64,000 nucleotides of DNA. Origin: a virus (lineage: Duplodnaviria; Caudoviricetes). A model generated the notes under the pieces. It was not told the origin of the DNA. It worked only from the letters and a program-made list of their open reading frames with translations, and made no database searches. Both the position numbers and the translations under genes were made by a program. The stretch covers positions 96,001 through 160,000 of IMG/VR virus record IMGVR_UViG_3300014205_000175. One strand, 5' to 3'. Below are positions 19,935-30,382 of this stretch, piece after piece. How positions within the stretch are numbered: position 1 is the stretch's first letter; each line of letters starts with the position of its first letter.

Positions 19935-21767
19935 ATGGCTATCACCAGCAACGTCAACATGGGCACGACCAACCAACAAAGCGCCAAGCAATCTTCCAGT
20001 GGTAATGCTCCCCGTGTCGGGTTCATCGCTGGTTCGATGTTCGGTGCTCCCATCGGTCGTGGCATCGGCTCGGAATACCTCAACAAGATCTCGGAGAATC
20101 TCGGCGAGATCTATAAGACCGCCAGTGCGGAGTTTCAGATCGATCTGATCGTGCTCGATAAGGCTAACGAGCTCTCGCTCGCCTTCTCAGCGATCGCGGT
20201 CTGCACCCGCACCAACAACGTCAATGTCGTGGGTGTGCATGTGCTGCTCGTCGAAGGCACGGGCGAAGCGCTCAAATCGGCCTACGAGAGCTTTAACAAC
20301 CAACAAGTCGAGATCACCCGCGTCACCTCCGACGCGTTCGACCAAGTGCTCGTCAACCTCGTCAACGAGCGAGTGGGCAAAGCGTTCCCGAATACGCAGA
20401 TCCTGATCGTCGATGGCTGCGTAGTGCCCGAAGAGTTCCAGCCGGACAACAAGCTGCATATGCGCATGCTCGCGCAAAACGCAGCCATGGCTGGTGGTAC
20501 TGAAGTCGATCTGCGTGCACCGGGCTTCTCGGATATCAACATTTCGGAAGATGGTCGTGGTACCAACCTGATCGTCGAGATCGGCTTCGAGCATAAGCAA
20601 CTCGATGACGCAGTGGGTATGCCGATGCGCTCGGACGTGATGATCCAGTTCCGCAGCCATCGTCCGGGTCAAGGAGCGAACCAGTCGGTCAACTCCAACG
20701 ACCGCGATATGAGCATCTCGGAGCTCTCCGGTTTCATCGACATGCTGTATGCGCCGGTGCAACCGCAGGTCAACAATCCGTGGGCACCGCAGATGCCGGG
20801 GGTGACGCAGAAGTTCGCGTCACGTTTCGTTATCACCAACCTGGCTACGACGATTGGCTACACGCCGGGCATGGTGCTGCTGTCGCTCGCAAGTGCACTG
20901 ACGCTCAACAACGACGGCAACTGGATTCAGAGCTTCCGTCCAATGGGTGCTGCAGGTGGGGCGAAGAACATCGATATCTATGATGTGGGTGCGCTGAATA
21001 TCGAGGGTAACCTCGAAAATAGCCCGACGGGTTTCGGTCAAGCACCGGACACCAAGTCGCGGGACTTCTCGCTGGAAGATCTCGGGACGTTCGTTAGCAG
21101 CCTTGTGCGTCCGGGCATCATGATCAGTATCGATGTACCTGACTGCGGCCCGCAGACCTGGTACACCAGCGTGTTCCGTGATGGTTCCAATGGTTCGCAA
21201 GCAGCGGTCGATCGCATCTATGACGCAGCCATGCAGCTGACCAATGGCAACTTCAGCAAGCACTTCGCACCAGGCATCCCGATGTTCGAAGACCAGTTCA
21301 ACCGCGTGCATCTGGGTTACTGGACGGATCAGCATGGCGCCCGCCGTGACATCCGCGACATCGATTATCTGGCAGCCGCCAACCTGATGGGCCGCAATAG
21401 CCCTGAGTATCTGCGCGACTGGAGCGATACGTTCCTGCGTGTGCAGTATCCGCTGCCGATGCGTCTGGCAGGACGCAAGAAGATGATCGAGAACCTGACG
21501 AACATGACTGCTGTGTTCAAGGGTTTTGCGACACGTGTGACGTTCAGCGCGCCGTTCCTGATGGCGCTCGCCCGTGCTTGCACTGAAGCTGGTCTGATGC
21601 CGCAGGTTAAAACGCCGCTCTCCGCACTGGACTTCAACACCCAGCGTGGCGTGGCAGGCTTCGTCAACACCGCACTGATGGCTCCGGGACACAACTTCGG
21701 CGTCACCGGTTTCGGTAACTACAACCCGGCCGCTTACGGTAACCCCAACATGTACCACCGTTGGTAA
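19935..21767 (+). CDS. chmA: chimallin (phage nucleus shell protein, ChmA/PhuN)
   Basis: 610 aa, immediately upstream of nvRNAP beta' N-subunit as for phiKZ gp54/gp55; flexible N- and C-tails; C-ending codon bias of a highly expressed gene; strong RBS and terminator. Confidence 0.8.
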   Translation: MAITSNVNMGTTNQQSAKQSSSGNAPRVGFIAGSMFGAPIGRGIGSEYLNKISENLGEIYKTASAEFQIDLIVLDKANELSLAFSAIAVCTRTNNVNVVGVHVLLVEGTGEALKSAYESFNNQQVEITRVTSDAFDQVLVNLVNERVGKAFPNTQILIVDGCVVPEEFQPDNKLHMRMLAQNAAMAGGTEVDLRAPGFSDINISEDGRGTNLIVEIGFEHKQLDDAVGMPMRSDVMIQFRSHRPGQGANQSVNSNDRDMSISELSGFIDMLYAPVQPQVNNPWAPQMPGVTQKFASRFVITNLATTIGYTPGMVLLSLASALTLNNDGNWIQSFRPMGAAGGAKNIDIYDVGALNIEGNLENSPTGFGQAPDTKSRDFSLEDLGTFVSSLVRPGIMISIDVPDCGPQTWYTSVFRDGSNGSQAAVDRIYDAAMQLTNGNFSKHFAPGIPMFEDQFNRVHLGYWTDQHGARRDIRDIDYLAAANLMGRNSPEYLRDWSDTFLRVQYPLPMRLAGRKKMIENLTNMTAVFKGFATRVTFSAPFLMALARACTEAGLMPQVKTPLSALDFNTQRGVAGFVNTALMAPGHNFGVTGFGNYNPAAYGNPNMYHRW

Positions 21768-21789
21768 GCAGTATGTTTAAGTAACACTG

Positions 21790-21827
21790 CATCCACCCGG
21801 CCCTCATAGCCGGGTGGATGTTTTTTT
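21790..21827 (+). terminator. intrinsic terminator after chimallin
   Basis: CATCCACCCGGC/GCCGGGTGGATG stem plus T7. Confidence 0.85.
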
Positions 21828-21898
21828 GTTTCGCTGGTGTAAAACATCCACCCGACACATATCTGCTGGGTTTAGAACGAGCCAAGGAGCGACACCAT

Positions 21899-24145
21899 AT
21901 GCCCATATATCAACAGTTGGTGAATTTCACTGAGATGTTCCATCAGCTACGGGAACCACCGATCATTATCAACGATCTGCCTAATTCTACCGAGGAGGAG
22001 CGTGACTACATCACGCAGCTCATCACTACCCATTACAACAGCGACATGTTGTCGATTCTGCCTTCGTGTCGCTGTGGTAAAACCAAAGGCGAGTATGAGA
22101 TTGGGTCATTGTGCGCATACTGCAAGACCCCAGTTAAGTCACATATCTCGGAGGATATCGAACCACTCGTATGGTTCCGTCGTCCGATCGGTGTGGCGCC
22201 GCTGATCAACCCACATATCTACATCATGCTGCGCAATCGGTTTCGTAGGTCAGGTTTTGAAGTACTAGACTGGCTCACTGACACCACCTTCAGCACGAAC
22301 AGCAAACAACCTGCGGTACTCAAAACTATCCTCAACGCAGGCGTGCAACGCGGTTACAACAATTTCATAAACAACTTCGATTTCATCATGGGTGTGATGT
22401 TTTCGATCAAAGACTATAAGTTGAAAAAGGGTAAACGCGATTATCTCAGAGAACTCATCGCTCTTAACCGCGGGCAGCTATTCTCGGATTATATCCCGCT
22501 ACCGAATAAATCGCTGCTGGTGATCGAGAACAACAACCTCGGACGCTATGCGGATAACTCGATGGTGATGGCGATCGATGTGATACGCATGATCACTTCG
22601 ATCGACCGACGCTTTTCCGAACACAATGTGATCCTGCGCGAGAACCGTACCGCCAAAGCGATCACACGACTGGGAGACTTCTATGAGGCGTTCGTATCGA
22701 AGAACATGTCACCTAAGCCGGGCTTGTTCCGTAAGCACATCTTCGGTAGCCGTTCGCATTTCTCGTTTCGAGCAGTTATCACCAGTCTAACTGACCGCCA
22801 TGCGTACGACGAGATCCATGTGCCGTGGGGGATCGGGGTGACGGTGCTGCGTGACCACCTGCTCGCTAAGATGATGCGTATGGGCTATGCGCTCAATGAT
22901 GCGATAGGTATGCTACATGGTCATGTACATAACTATAACGAGATGCTCGATCAGCTTTTAAAGGAGATCATCGCTGAGAGTCCGGATTCTAGTTTAATCG
23001 CAATTTTGCAACGGAATGAAAAGCAGTAACTGTTGTAATATCTAATACGATACTGCGACTGGTTTACTGGGTTCCCTTCAGCAGAAATGCTGTCGACAAA
23101 ACTTCGTGAACTGCTGGAACACCCTGAAGGCTGCGCCACCACAAGCACCCCGAAAGGAGGTGTTGACGGTTTGACAACGGCGCGGATGAAGCACTGTGAA
23201 GTGCGGAAAGGGGCAACCGTAGGCTCTAAGAGCCTCTTTAGCAGCCAAGCTCCTACAGCTCAATAGCCACGGAGAAGGTTCAACGGCCATCGAAAGCACT
23301 GTCACCGACAGGAAGCAAGTAGAGTAGGACTCCTAGCGGGGTCCGAAGTGCGAAGCACCCGACCGAGTGACGTCGAGGGTGAAGATATGGTCTGCTCCTG
23401 TATGAACAGTACAGGCGGGTGTCTCAGCACACCGGGATGATGTAGCGACTCATCTGGACAGTAAGCCAAGTTTATTGCAAGGCTCGGCACAACGCGTCAG
23501 AATCACGAAGATCAAAACCGACCCTACCGATAACACGATTTCAATGCCTATTGAAATCGTACGCGCCCCCAATGCTGATCAACTTTCAGGTCCGGCTGTG
23601 CAGTAATGCATAGTTGTAATCTCCTTAATTGCTGGAACACCCTTAAGGCTGCGCCACCACTGCGAGTCGAAAGACAAAGCCATGGTTCGATAACGGCGCG
23701 GATGATCCGTACGTAAATGCGGTGAAAGGGGCAACCGTAGGCTCTAAGAGCCTCTGTAGCAGCCGATCTCCTAAGGCCTTAGGGCTATGGAGCGGGTTCA
23801 ACGACTAGCCCTTTAGCAAGGCGTAGGACTCCAAGCGGGGTTCGAAACAGGAGACATCCTTAACGGGATGAAGATATAGTCTGCCCCCGTATGAAAGTAC
23901 GGGCGGGTGTCTGAGCACACCGGGACGAGACAGTAGTATAAGCGACTCGTCTGGACAATGGGTTTGATGGGGACGCTTTGAACGTGATCTTAGCGTTAGA
24001 CAAGAAAATGGGGGATTTGATGCAGCCACTGGAGCCGCACTACAACGTGTTCGAAGCTAACCGTCCGCGGGCGATCTCGAACAACGTCGGATTACCCAAA
24101 CCGGTAGTCGCGACGATTGCGCACTGGTTGTCCAAGGGAGCGTAG
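21899..24145 (+). CDS. nvRNAP beta' N-terminal subunit (phiKZ gp55-like), spliced from exons 21899-23017, 23466-23579 and 23963-24145; 471 aa
   Basis: Zn finger CRCG...CAYC; FRKHIFGSR...RAVI; joined exons read LQRN|PSL...APNAD|FDGDALN, restoring the catalytic NADFDGD motif. Confidence 0.92.
23018..23465 (+). mobile_element. group I intron 1 (448 nt, no endonuclease ORF)
   Basis: 5' exon ends in U, intron ends in G; IGS GTTCC (23071-23075) pairs with exon GGAAT; P element TGCTGGAACACCCT; R GTTCAACGGCCA (23278-23289); S AAGATATGGTCT (23382-23393). Confidence 0.9.
23580..23962 (+). mobile_element. group I intron 2 (383 nt, no ORF), inside NAD|FDGD
   Basis: U|...G| boundaries restore the frame; R GTTCAACGACTA (23796-23807); S AAGATATAGTCT (23871-23882). 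Confidence 0.92.
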
Positions 24146-24169
24146 TAATACCGGGTGTGCCCATGGTAA

Positions 24170-24184
24170 CATATATAGTACATG
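24170..24184 (+). promoter_or_regulatory. putative early promoter
   Basis: CATATATAGTACATG. Confidence 0.7.
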
Positions 24185-24211
24185 AAGCACACCCGTTGAA
24201 AAGGAGAAAAC

Positions 24212-24835
24212 ATGGTTCAGGTTATTCATGGAGGATCTGACGCTTTCGATATGCTGTTGTATCCGGAACAATCTCCGCTGACCTACCAGTATTTGCAGGA
24301 CAAGATGTCACGGTTTAGTGAGACCCTGACTCAGGCAGGCAGTCGATTCATCGAAGGTTCACGGCAGCTTTTCGAACAGGTACAGAACTCCGATCTCATC
24401 CGGCGCACCAAGGCTGCGATTCGTTCGGCTAAGGCGTATTTTCACCCTAACATGATTCGACCGCTGGAGACGCTCGAAGAGTTGCAGTCGGCTACCTTGG
24501 TGATGCAGCGTTGGGTGATGGCACAACCCGACATACGACGGCTCTATCACCGGCAGTTGGTAGATGGTTATAATGAGACCTACGTCGACATGCATCCGGG
24601 TCAGGTGGGCGTAGAGCACTACGACTATCGTCGTGTCATGAGTGGTGTCGGTGTTGATACGGAAGATGGCGAAGAGTGGCGCGCGACGGTTTATTCTGAT
24701 GATCTCGTCGAAGGTGATCGGGAGCTGGATTTCGGTGAGAAAGTAGATGTGTTGCGTACGTGGGAGATTGTGGCCATGTATGCTAAAGCACGTCGGGAAG
24801 ACCCCACTAATATTTACGGTGGTGATATGGGCTGA
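24212..24835 (+). CDS. conserved phiKZ-like hypothetical protein
   Basis: AAGGAG RBS; in the core block after the nvRNAP subunit. Confidence 0.65.
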   Translation: MVQVIHGGSDAFDMLLYPEQSPLTYQYLQDKMSRFSETLTQAGSRFIEGSRQLFEQVQNSDLIRRTKAAIRSAKAYFHPNMIRPLETLEELQSATLVMQRWVMAQPDIRRLYHRQLVDGYNETYVDMHPGQVGVEHYDYRRVMSGVGVDTEDGEEWRATVYSDDLVEGDRELDFGEKVDVLRTWEIVAMYAKARREDPTNIYGGDMG

Positions 24836-24968
24836 TGGCTATGGAGTCTCTGGTGCAATGCCAGAGACTCCATGCCTGCCGGTAACTAATTTTTTAGTCG
24901 ATAGTGGTATGTGATAATTTCCTATGAGACGGCCATCTTCTGGTAAATTAGTTTTTTAGGGGGGATGT

Positions 24969-25394
24969 ATGACTATCGTGGTACCGGCTTTATCGGAAGA
25001 TGGTTGGGTGGATTATCCTGCCAAACAGGCCGATTACATCTTTGGCCATTTCTTTTTATCCGATTATTCACAGACTTACCTGTATAAAAATCAAGTCAGT
25101 TCATTTGCACAGGTGATGCAAGAACATCAAGGCGACGTATCTAAAATTGCCCGACAGCTCGAAAGTACGTTGCGTATATATTTTTTACGCTACTTTTCCA
25201 AAGTAGAAGTCGAGTGTGATGCGATCCAAGACCCGGACAACCCTAACAAGTTTATCGTGCGGATATATCTAACCTACACCGGCACCGATGGCATCGAGCA
25301 CAACTTGGGTAAGATGGTCAATGTTCTCAACAGTAAAATCGAATCGGTAATCGCTCTTAGCAACTACGGTACCAACGTACCTAAAGACATTTAA
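24969..25394 (+). CDS. conserved hypothetical protein
   Basis: 141-aa ORF with G-rich RBS. Confidence 0.6.
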   Translation: MTIVVPALSEDGWVDYPAKQADYIFGHFFLSDYSQTYLYKNQVSSFAQVMQEHQGDVSKIARQLESTLRIYFLRYFSKVEVECDAIQDPDNPNKFIVRIYLTYTGTDGIEHNLGKMVNVLNSKIESVIALSNYGTNVPKDI

Positions 25395-25411
25395 ACATAA
25401 AAGGACAAGTC

Positions 25412-26014
25412 ATGAACGCCACCACCAAAGATCTCATTTCCTCAACCCAGCAGCAGTTGCGTGAGCAGGTAGTGCGGGACTCTGAAAATGCGCTAGGAGT
25501 CATCTTTCCGGCACTAGTAGAACAGGTTAATACGGTCGCTGCGAAACTGCCTGAGCATATTTTCGTACAGTATTTTCTACCGTATTTTTCTGGTATTTTG
25601 GATCTGTCGTCGCGACCGCAGATTATGGCTGAATGGATTTCAATCGCCGGTTCACCGATGGCTGAAGTCGCTGTCATTAACACCACCGGTCAAACACTCT
25701 TTTATGTACCCGGTATTTTCGATACGTCATTCATCAACGTCAATCGCAAAAATCGATCGATGTCATTTCCGAGTATTGCTGACCAAACCAATCTTATCTC
25801 CAGCAATCTGCCGGCACTGGGTGAGCGATTTTTGCACGACGCACTGAATAGCAAATTCCACGATATCGCCTCTGGTCCGATTGCTGCTCATGATCACCAG
25901 CAGCGCTGGCTAGAGATTTTTGCTCGCTACGGCGTCGCAGCACCAGCGCTCAATGCCGCGGCGCCTGGTGTGCAGTATGCGGCACCTGTGTCTGACGATG
26001 AAATCTATGATTAA
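25412..26014 (+). CDS. conserved hypothetical protein
   Basis: AAGGA RBS, operonic. Confidence 0.6.
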   Translation: MNATTKDLISSTQQQLREQVVRDSENALGVIFPALVEQVNTVAAKLPEHIFVQYFLPYFSGILDLSSRPQIMAEWISIAGSPMAEVAVINTTGQTLFYVPGIFDTSFINVNRKNRSMSFPSIADQTNLISSNLPALGERFLHDALNSKFHDIASGPIAAHDHQQRWLEIFARYGVAAPALNAAAPGVQYAAPVSDDEIYD

Positions 26015-26017
26015 AAC

Positions 26018-27157
26018 ATGAATCGGCCTACCGTCAGCTATGCGGTACTCTCCGATGTCCATCTCGGGCATCGGAGGAATCCGTCTACAGCCATCATCGA
26101 AAATCTCAAGAAAGTACTGGGTCAACTTACCAGCCAGCGTTTAGATGTATTGTTTATCGCAGGTGATTTGTTTGATCGATTGCTTGACAACTCGATGCCG
26201 GATAAACGCGACATCAACCTATGGATTTACTGGTTGTTAAAGTACTGTCATCTTCATCACGTGAAATTGAGGGTTTTAGAGGGCACTCCTAGTCACGATT
26301 GGAAGCAATCCACCAACATCGACATTATTCGGCAGATCTCAGGACTGGAGCTCGATTATGCATATGTACCGGCATTACACATCGAGCATCTCAGTGACTT
26401 GGGTTTATATGTGTTGTATGTGCCTGATGAATGGAACGAAACGACCACTGAAACTTTTCAACAGGTTCAGTCGCTGATGGCTGAAGCCGGCATCAGTCAA
26501 GTTGACATCGCCATCATGCACGGGCAGTTTAACTATCAGATCCGTCAAGCCCCTGCGAGCATTCCGCGACATCAGGAGGATGATTATCTTGGCATCGTCA
26601 GGCATTACATTCACATAGGCCATGTGCATACTCACACGGTCAATGAACGCATTATTGCACAAGGCTCGTTCGATCGCCTATCGCACGGCGAAGAAGAGCC
26701 TAAAGGTCTAGTGTGGGCTGAGGTACGATCAGACGGTACGCGACAATATCACTTCATTGAAAATACTGAAGCGATGATCTTCAAAACTGTGCAGTTAAAA
26801 GGTGAAGACATCCAGGATATCATGGCGTATCTTGATAAACGCATTCTTAAATATCGTCCTGGTAGTTTCATCAGACTCAAAGGACGCAAAGATCATCCGG
26901 GCTTTAGCTACTACGAGGAGCTCAAGAAACGTTATGCACTATACAGTCTTACCAAACAAGGCGAAGAGTTAGAAACAACTCAGGTAGTAGATATCGGTGT
27001 GCTGAATGACTACCAGAGCTTTTCGATCACTACTGACAATGTACGAGGACTACTCAGCGATAACATCCGTGCCAGATATGAATTTCACGACCAGCACTGG
27101 ACCTATATGCATGGGGTGCTCGACGAAATATTGGGAGTAAAAGATGGATCTTCTTAA
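26018..27157 (+). CDS. SbcD/Mre11-like metallophosphoesterase nuclease
   Basis: SDVHLG, AGDLFD, GTPSHD, MHG, GHVH motifs. Confidence 0.88.
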   Translation: MNRPTVSYAVLSDVHLGHRRNPSTAIIENLKKVLGQLTSQRLDVLFIAGDLFDRLLDNSMPDKRDINLWIYWLLKYCHLHHVKLRVLEGTPSHDWKQSTNIDIIRQISGLELDYAYVPALHIEHLSDLGLYVLYVPDEWNETTTETFQQVQSLMAEAGISQVDIAIMHGQFNYQIRQAPASIPRHQEDDYLGIVRHYIHIGHVHTHTVNERIIAQGSFDRLSHGEEEPKGLVWAEVRSDGTRQYHFIENTEAMIFKTVQLKGEDIQDIMAYLDKRILKYRPGSFIRLKGRKDHPGFSYYEELKKRYALYSLTKQGEELETTQVVDIGVLNDYQSFSITTDNVRGLLSDNIRARYEFHDQHWTYMHGVLDEILGVKDGSS

Positions 27158-28007
27158 TCAGCGCTCTATCTCAGCGTTGCCGGTTAGTATCGGCAGTTCT
27201 TTGGCATTCGAAACAGTACTGATGCCCAAGCTACCACCGTACGATCCAGCACGCGTTGCACCCGAGCGTGTTAATATCATGAATTATGATGAGATATGGA
27301 TCAACCTCCAAACTCTTTACCGTAACTTGGTAGGTGCGCTCCCAACCCAGCTCAAACCAATGGTGGCACAGGCAGACATCAAAGGGGCGCTCTATCAGGA
27401 GATGGAGATACTGCAAAGCGCCATCGCCGAAGAGTCTCAGCAGCAGTGCCGTGCTAGGTTTTACTATCCGACGTACAGCCGACTCATTAATAACCCGTTA
27501 CTGCCCAAGCAGGTTCGTTTCCGCGTACCTACCACCGATAACCAAAAATCCTACCACGAGCTACTTGTGCACGTGTATCAGCAGATGGTGCGCGAGCAGC
27601 AGTATGATCTACAGGTGATAGGCGGGCGTGTTCGGCCACAGAAACCTACCAAGGCACTGATCTTTACCCACACGCCTTATGATCTACTGAGCTATCCAGC
27701 ATTTAAAAAGCTAGAACTACTGGAGAGTCATACTGGTCACATTAAACCTCGCTCGCAGTGGTACACCAAGTACTACCCGGTAGGGGAGCACAAAATCGAC
27801 ATGTTGCCGTTTACCAGACCTCTACTACTGATCTTTGGCGACCATGCTCTCATCAAACCCATGGAGTACAACTATAGAAAACTAATCATCGATATCGCTA
27901 TCAAGAGGAATTGGACACCATTGACTACTGATAGCAAGATTTTGTACGACGTGGATTTGGATATCAAAGAACGTTACCTCGTCGAGCTTTTCCGAAAACT
28001 GGCTTGA
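27144..28007 (+). CDS. conserved phiKZ-like protein (gp66-like by position)
   Basis: Overlaps the SbcD-like gene; LLESHTG motif; function not evident. Confidence 0.55.
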   Translation: MDLLNQRSISALPVSIGSSLAFETVLMPKLPPYDPARVAPERVNIMNYDEIWINLQTLYRNLVGALPTQLKPMVAQADIKGALYQEMEILQSAIAEESQQQCRARFYYPTYSRLINNPLLPKQVRFRVPTTDNQKSYHELLVHVYQQMVREQQYDLQVIGGRVRPQKPTKALIFTHTPYDLLSYPAFKKLELLESHTGHIKPRSQWYTKYYPVGEHKIDMLPFTRPLLLIFGDHALIKPMEYNYRKLIIDIAIKRNWTPLTTDSKILYDVDLDIKERYLVELFRKLA

Positions 28008-28069
28008 CAGGGTAAAAAATATGCTCACGCAAAATCCAGTGAGCCCACCGAAAAACAAGGAGTTTCATA

Positions 28070-28699
28070 ATGAGTGCAGATCTTCGCGGACGGATTGTAG
28101 ATTTTGAAAAACTGATTCTCTTCACTGACTCGACTGAACCGGGTAAGCGTGCCCGTATGCAGTTCGGCGGACGTGATGGGAATTTTCGCATTACTGTTTT
28201 CACCGGCACTGGCAGTACTGCTAAAGAGGGGGTGATCCAATGTCCGCTCGACCCGATGAGCTTCGATAGCTTTCTCACGCTGTTCGAGAGCATCATCCGT
28301 GGTGAGTCGGGTAGCAAGAGCAAGATCACGGCCAAAACCCTCGTCTATGAGAATGACAAACCGACCGACCAGATGAAAGTCATGTCGGAACTGTGGTTCG
28401 GTAAGAACGCCGAAGGGATCGTCTGGATCGCGCTATCGGCACCGAGCTACCCGAAACTCACGTTCGAGTTCCGTGGCAGTCGCTTTGCCGAGTTCTATCA
28501 AAAAGACGGCACCCCGCTCTCCGATCAAGATCTCTCCAAGCTCACGGCAGGATCTTTCGTACGGGTGTTGCGTGACACCATGCCAGCTTACATTATGGCA
28601 CTGAGCGCCCAACCTCGCGTCGCTGGTGGTGCAGCAGGGGTGCCTAGTAAGCCCGCTGCTAAGCTTAACAACGATACCTTCGAAGATCTTTCGTACTGA
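28070..28699 (+). CDS. probable nucleic-acid-binding nucleus-associated protein (gp67/ChmC-like by position)
   Basis: Position just before the gp68-like gene; beta-rich body with flexible acidic C-tail (NNDTFEDLSY). Confidence 0.5.
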   Translation: MSADLRGRIVDFEKLILFTDSTEPGKRARMQFGGRDGNFRITVFTGTGSTAKEGVIQCPLDPMSFDSFLTLFESIIRGESGSKSKITAKTLVYENDKPTDQMKVMSELWFGKNAEGIVWIALSAPSYPKLTFEFRGSRFAEFYQKDGTPLSDQDLSKLTAGSFVRVLRDTMPAYIMALSAQPRVAGGAAGVPSKPAAKLNNDTFEDLSY

Positions 28700-28788
28700 C
28701 ATCACGTAGAACTACTCATCCTCAGGGCCACTGAGGATGAGTGCCGTTTTAAGCCTTAAGTTGCACGGATTGGAAAATAATAGAGTGC

Positions 28789-28803
28789 CATATATAGTAC
28801 GTG
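28789..28803 (+). promoter_or_regulatory. putative early promoter
   Basis: CATATATAGTACGTG. Confidence 0.65.
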
Positions 28804-28831
28804 AGCACCGCCAATAGCAAGGAGCACTATA

Positions 28832-30370
28832 GTGAAAATCGAAGTTCTCAACATCCAGCACATGACGGCTCCTCTAGAATTAAAGATTAGCCATCTGGAA
28901 GAGTCTGTATGTTTCAACGTTGCGTACTACGGTCGAAACGTTTTCAACAAAGACTACGATTTGTTCGAGCAGCTTAACAGCTACTGGTCAGGCCTGTCGG
29001 AGGAGCTCCAGCTATCGATCTATAACTGCTACCGCAGCATCAAAGCGACCTTCGAATCTTTCGGTAGTCGTGAAGCGATGATGTCCGATCTGAACAAATG
29101 GTCAGTGCAGCTGCTTAACTACCACGACTTCACACATCTGCGTAACTGGATCTTCTTTCGTTCCAACATCGCAGTGCCGTCGCGCTTTGAGGAGACTTTC
29201 GTTTATGACGTTGATCGACAAAACACCCCCGACCAGACGTATCTGAAGGGTGACTACATTGATCTCGTAACGATGACTCTGGTGTTTCGCACGATGATGC
29301 CGGTGTGGGGTGAGTATATCTCGATGATGCGTCAAGAGCATGGCACGCGTTTTAAAGAGTATGAAGCCTTTAACCTCATCTACGGTGCAGAGATCTGTCG
29401 TTCGCATGCGCACGAGAAGCTGATGATCTATATCGATCGCACGATTGCAGCTGATCGATACAACCAGACAGTGATCATCGATGGTATCTCTTCGGAGGAT
29501 TTCCCGACGTGGGTGTTAGCTCGCACGATCGTGCGACGACTCTTGATCTCTGACATCCGTGGCTTGGACCCCAAAGCCAATATCGTGACATTTACCCACA
29601 AGTACGTGTCCGAAGCAGCGCGCCCTGACGATAGTAGCGGTGAACAAAAGGTCAAAAATAAGACTACCGATGACTCGGGGATGGATCAGGAGAACAAACT
29701 CTCGTCATTCGAGCGTTACCGCGTCAGGCACTCGATAGCGATCGGAGAGTTGGTGGAGATCGAGCACTCGCTCTCCGATCTACGTTCGATCGCTTATCGC
29801 TTGTCGAGCAACATGAATGATGCGCTATTTTATCGCAGCATGGAAACCTGTGAACATCTGACCAAGCATCGTATTTCTGAGCCGCAGATCACACTGTTGC
29901 GCTGGGTATTTAAACCTGTCGTGAGTCCGCGAGGCTTGATGTACATCGATAACCACCGCATCATCAAATGTCTCGGAGTACTGCAAGCGGTACTGTGGGC
30001 ACGTGGTCACAAATATCTCTCACTGCTCTCGACGGCCTATGCTAATATCAGCGATAATAGCATGCTGGTATCAGGCAGTGATAGTAAAGCACGTATTCCC
30101 AAAGAGCTGATGGAAGAGCTCGATCAAACCTATCCTTATCAACGCATGTTTGGAGGCAAGAAGACCGGCTATAAGTCGCAAAACTTAGCCATTGAAGCAG
30201 TCGATAAGATCGTAACCGATCTGTCTGCAAATACATGGACGGCTACTGCTGACGATGGGTTGATTTCCGAAGTCCTAAACACTACTGCTCGGAAGCTACC
30301 CATCCCTTATGAAATCAAAGTGACATTAGCACAATTCGTTCTCGAAATTGGCCGTCGCACCTGGATCTAG
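28832..30370 (+). CDS. nvRNAP fifth (promoter-specificity) subunit, phiKZ gp68-like
   Basis: 512 aa, helical, position in the core block; inferred mainly from synteny and size. Confidence 0.65.
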   Translation: MKIEVLNIQHMTAPLELKISHLEESVCFNVAYYGRNVFNKDYDLFEQLNSYWSGLSEELQLSIYNCYRSIKATFESFGSREAMMSDLNKWSVQLLNYHDFTHLRNWIFFRSNIAVPSRFEETFVYDVDRQNTPDQTYLKGDYIDLVTMTLVFRTMMPVWGEYISMMRQEHGTRFKEYEAFNLIYGAEICRSHAHEKLMIYIDRTIAADRYNQTVIIDGISSEDFPTWVLARTIVRRLLISDIRGLDPKANIVTFTHKYVSEAARPDDSSGEQKVKNKTTDDSGMDQENKLSSFERYRVRHSIAIGELVEIEHSLSDLRSIAYRLSSNMNDALFYRSMETCEHLTKHRISEPQITLLRWVFKPVVSPRGLMYIDNHRIIKCLGVLQAVLWARGHKYLSLLSTAYANISDNSMLVSGSDSKARIPKELMEELDQTYPYQRMFGGKKTGYKSQNLAIEAVDKIVTDLSANTWTATADDGLISEVLNTTARKLPIPYEIKVTLAQFVLEIGRRTWI

Positions 30371-30382
30371 GAGTTTACCTAT

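Noticed and set aside
20187-21758. Long antisense ORFs over chimallin
   Set aside because: Expected from the strong codon bias of the sense gene; no RBS or motifs
21818-23029. nvRNAP beta' as a truncated pseudogene, frameshift or stop-readthrough case
   Set aside because: Exact intron removal restores conserved motifs, and all three stop codons end genes normally elsewhere, so no recoding is needed
23078-24029. Short antisense ORFs (23078, 23302, 23805; also 35038, 35115, 35192) that resemble each other
   Set aside because: They are translations of shared intron RNA sequence, with no HNH, GIY-YIG or LAGLIDADG motifs
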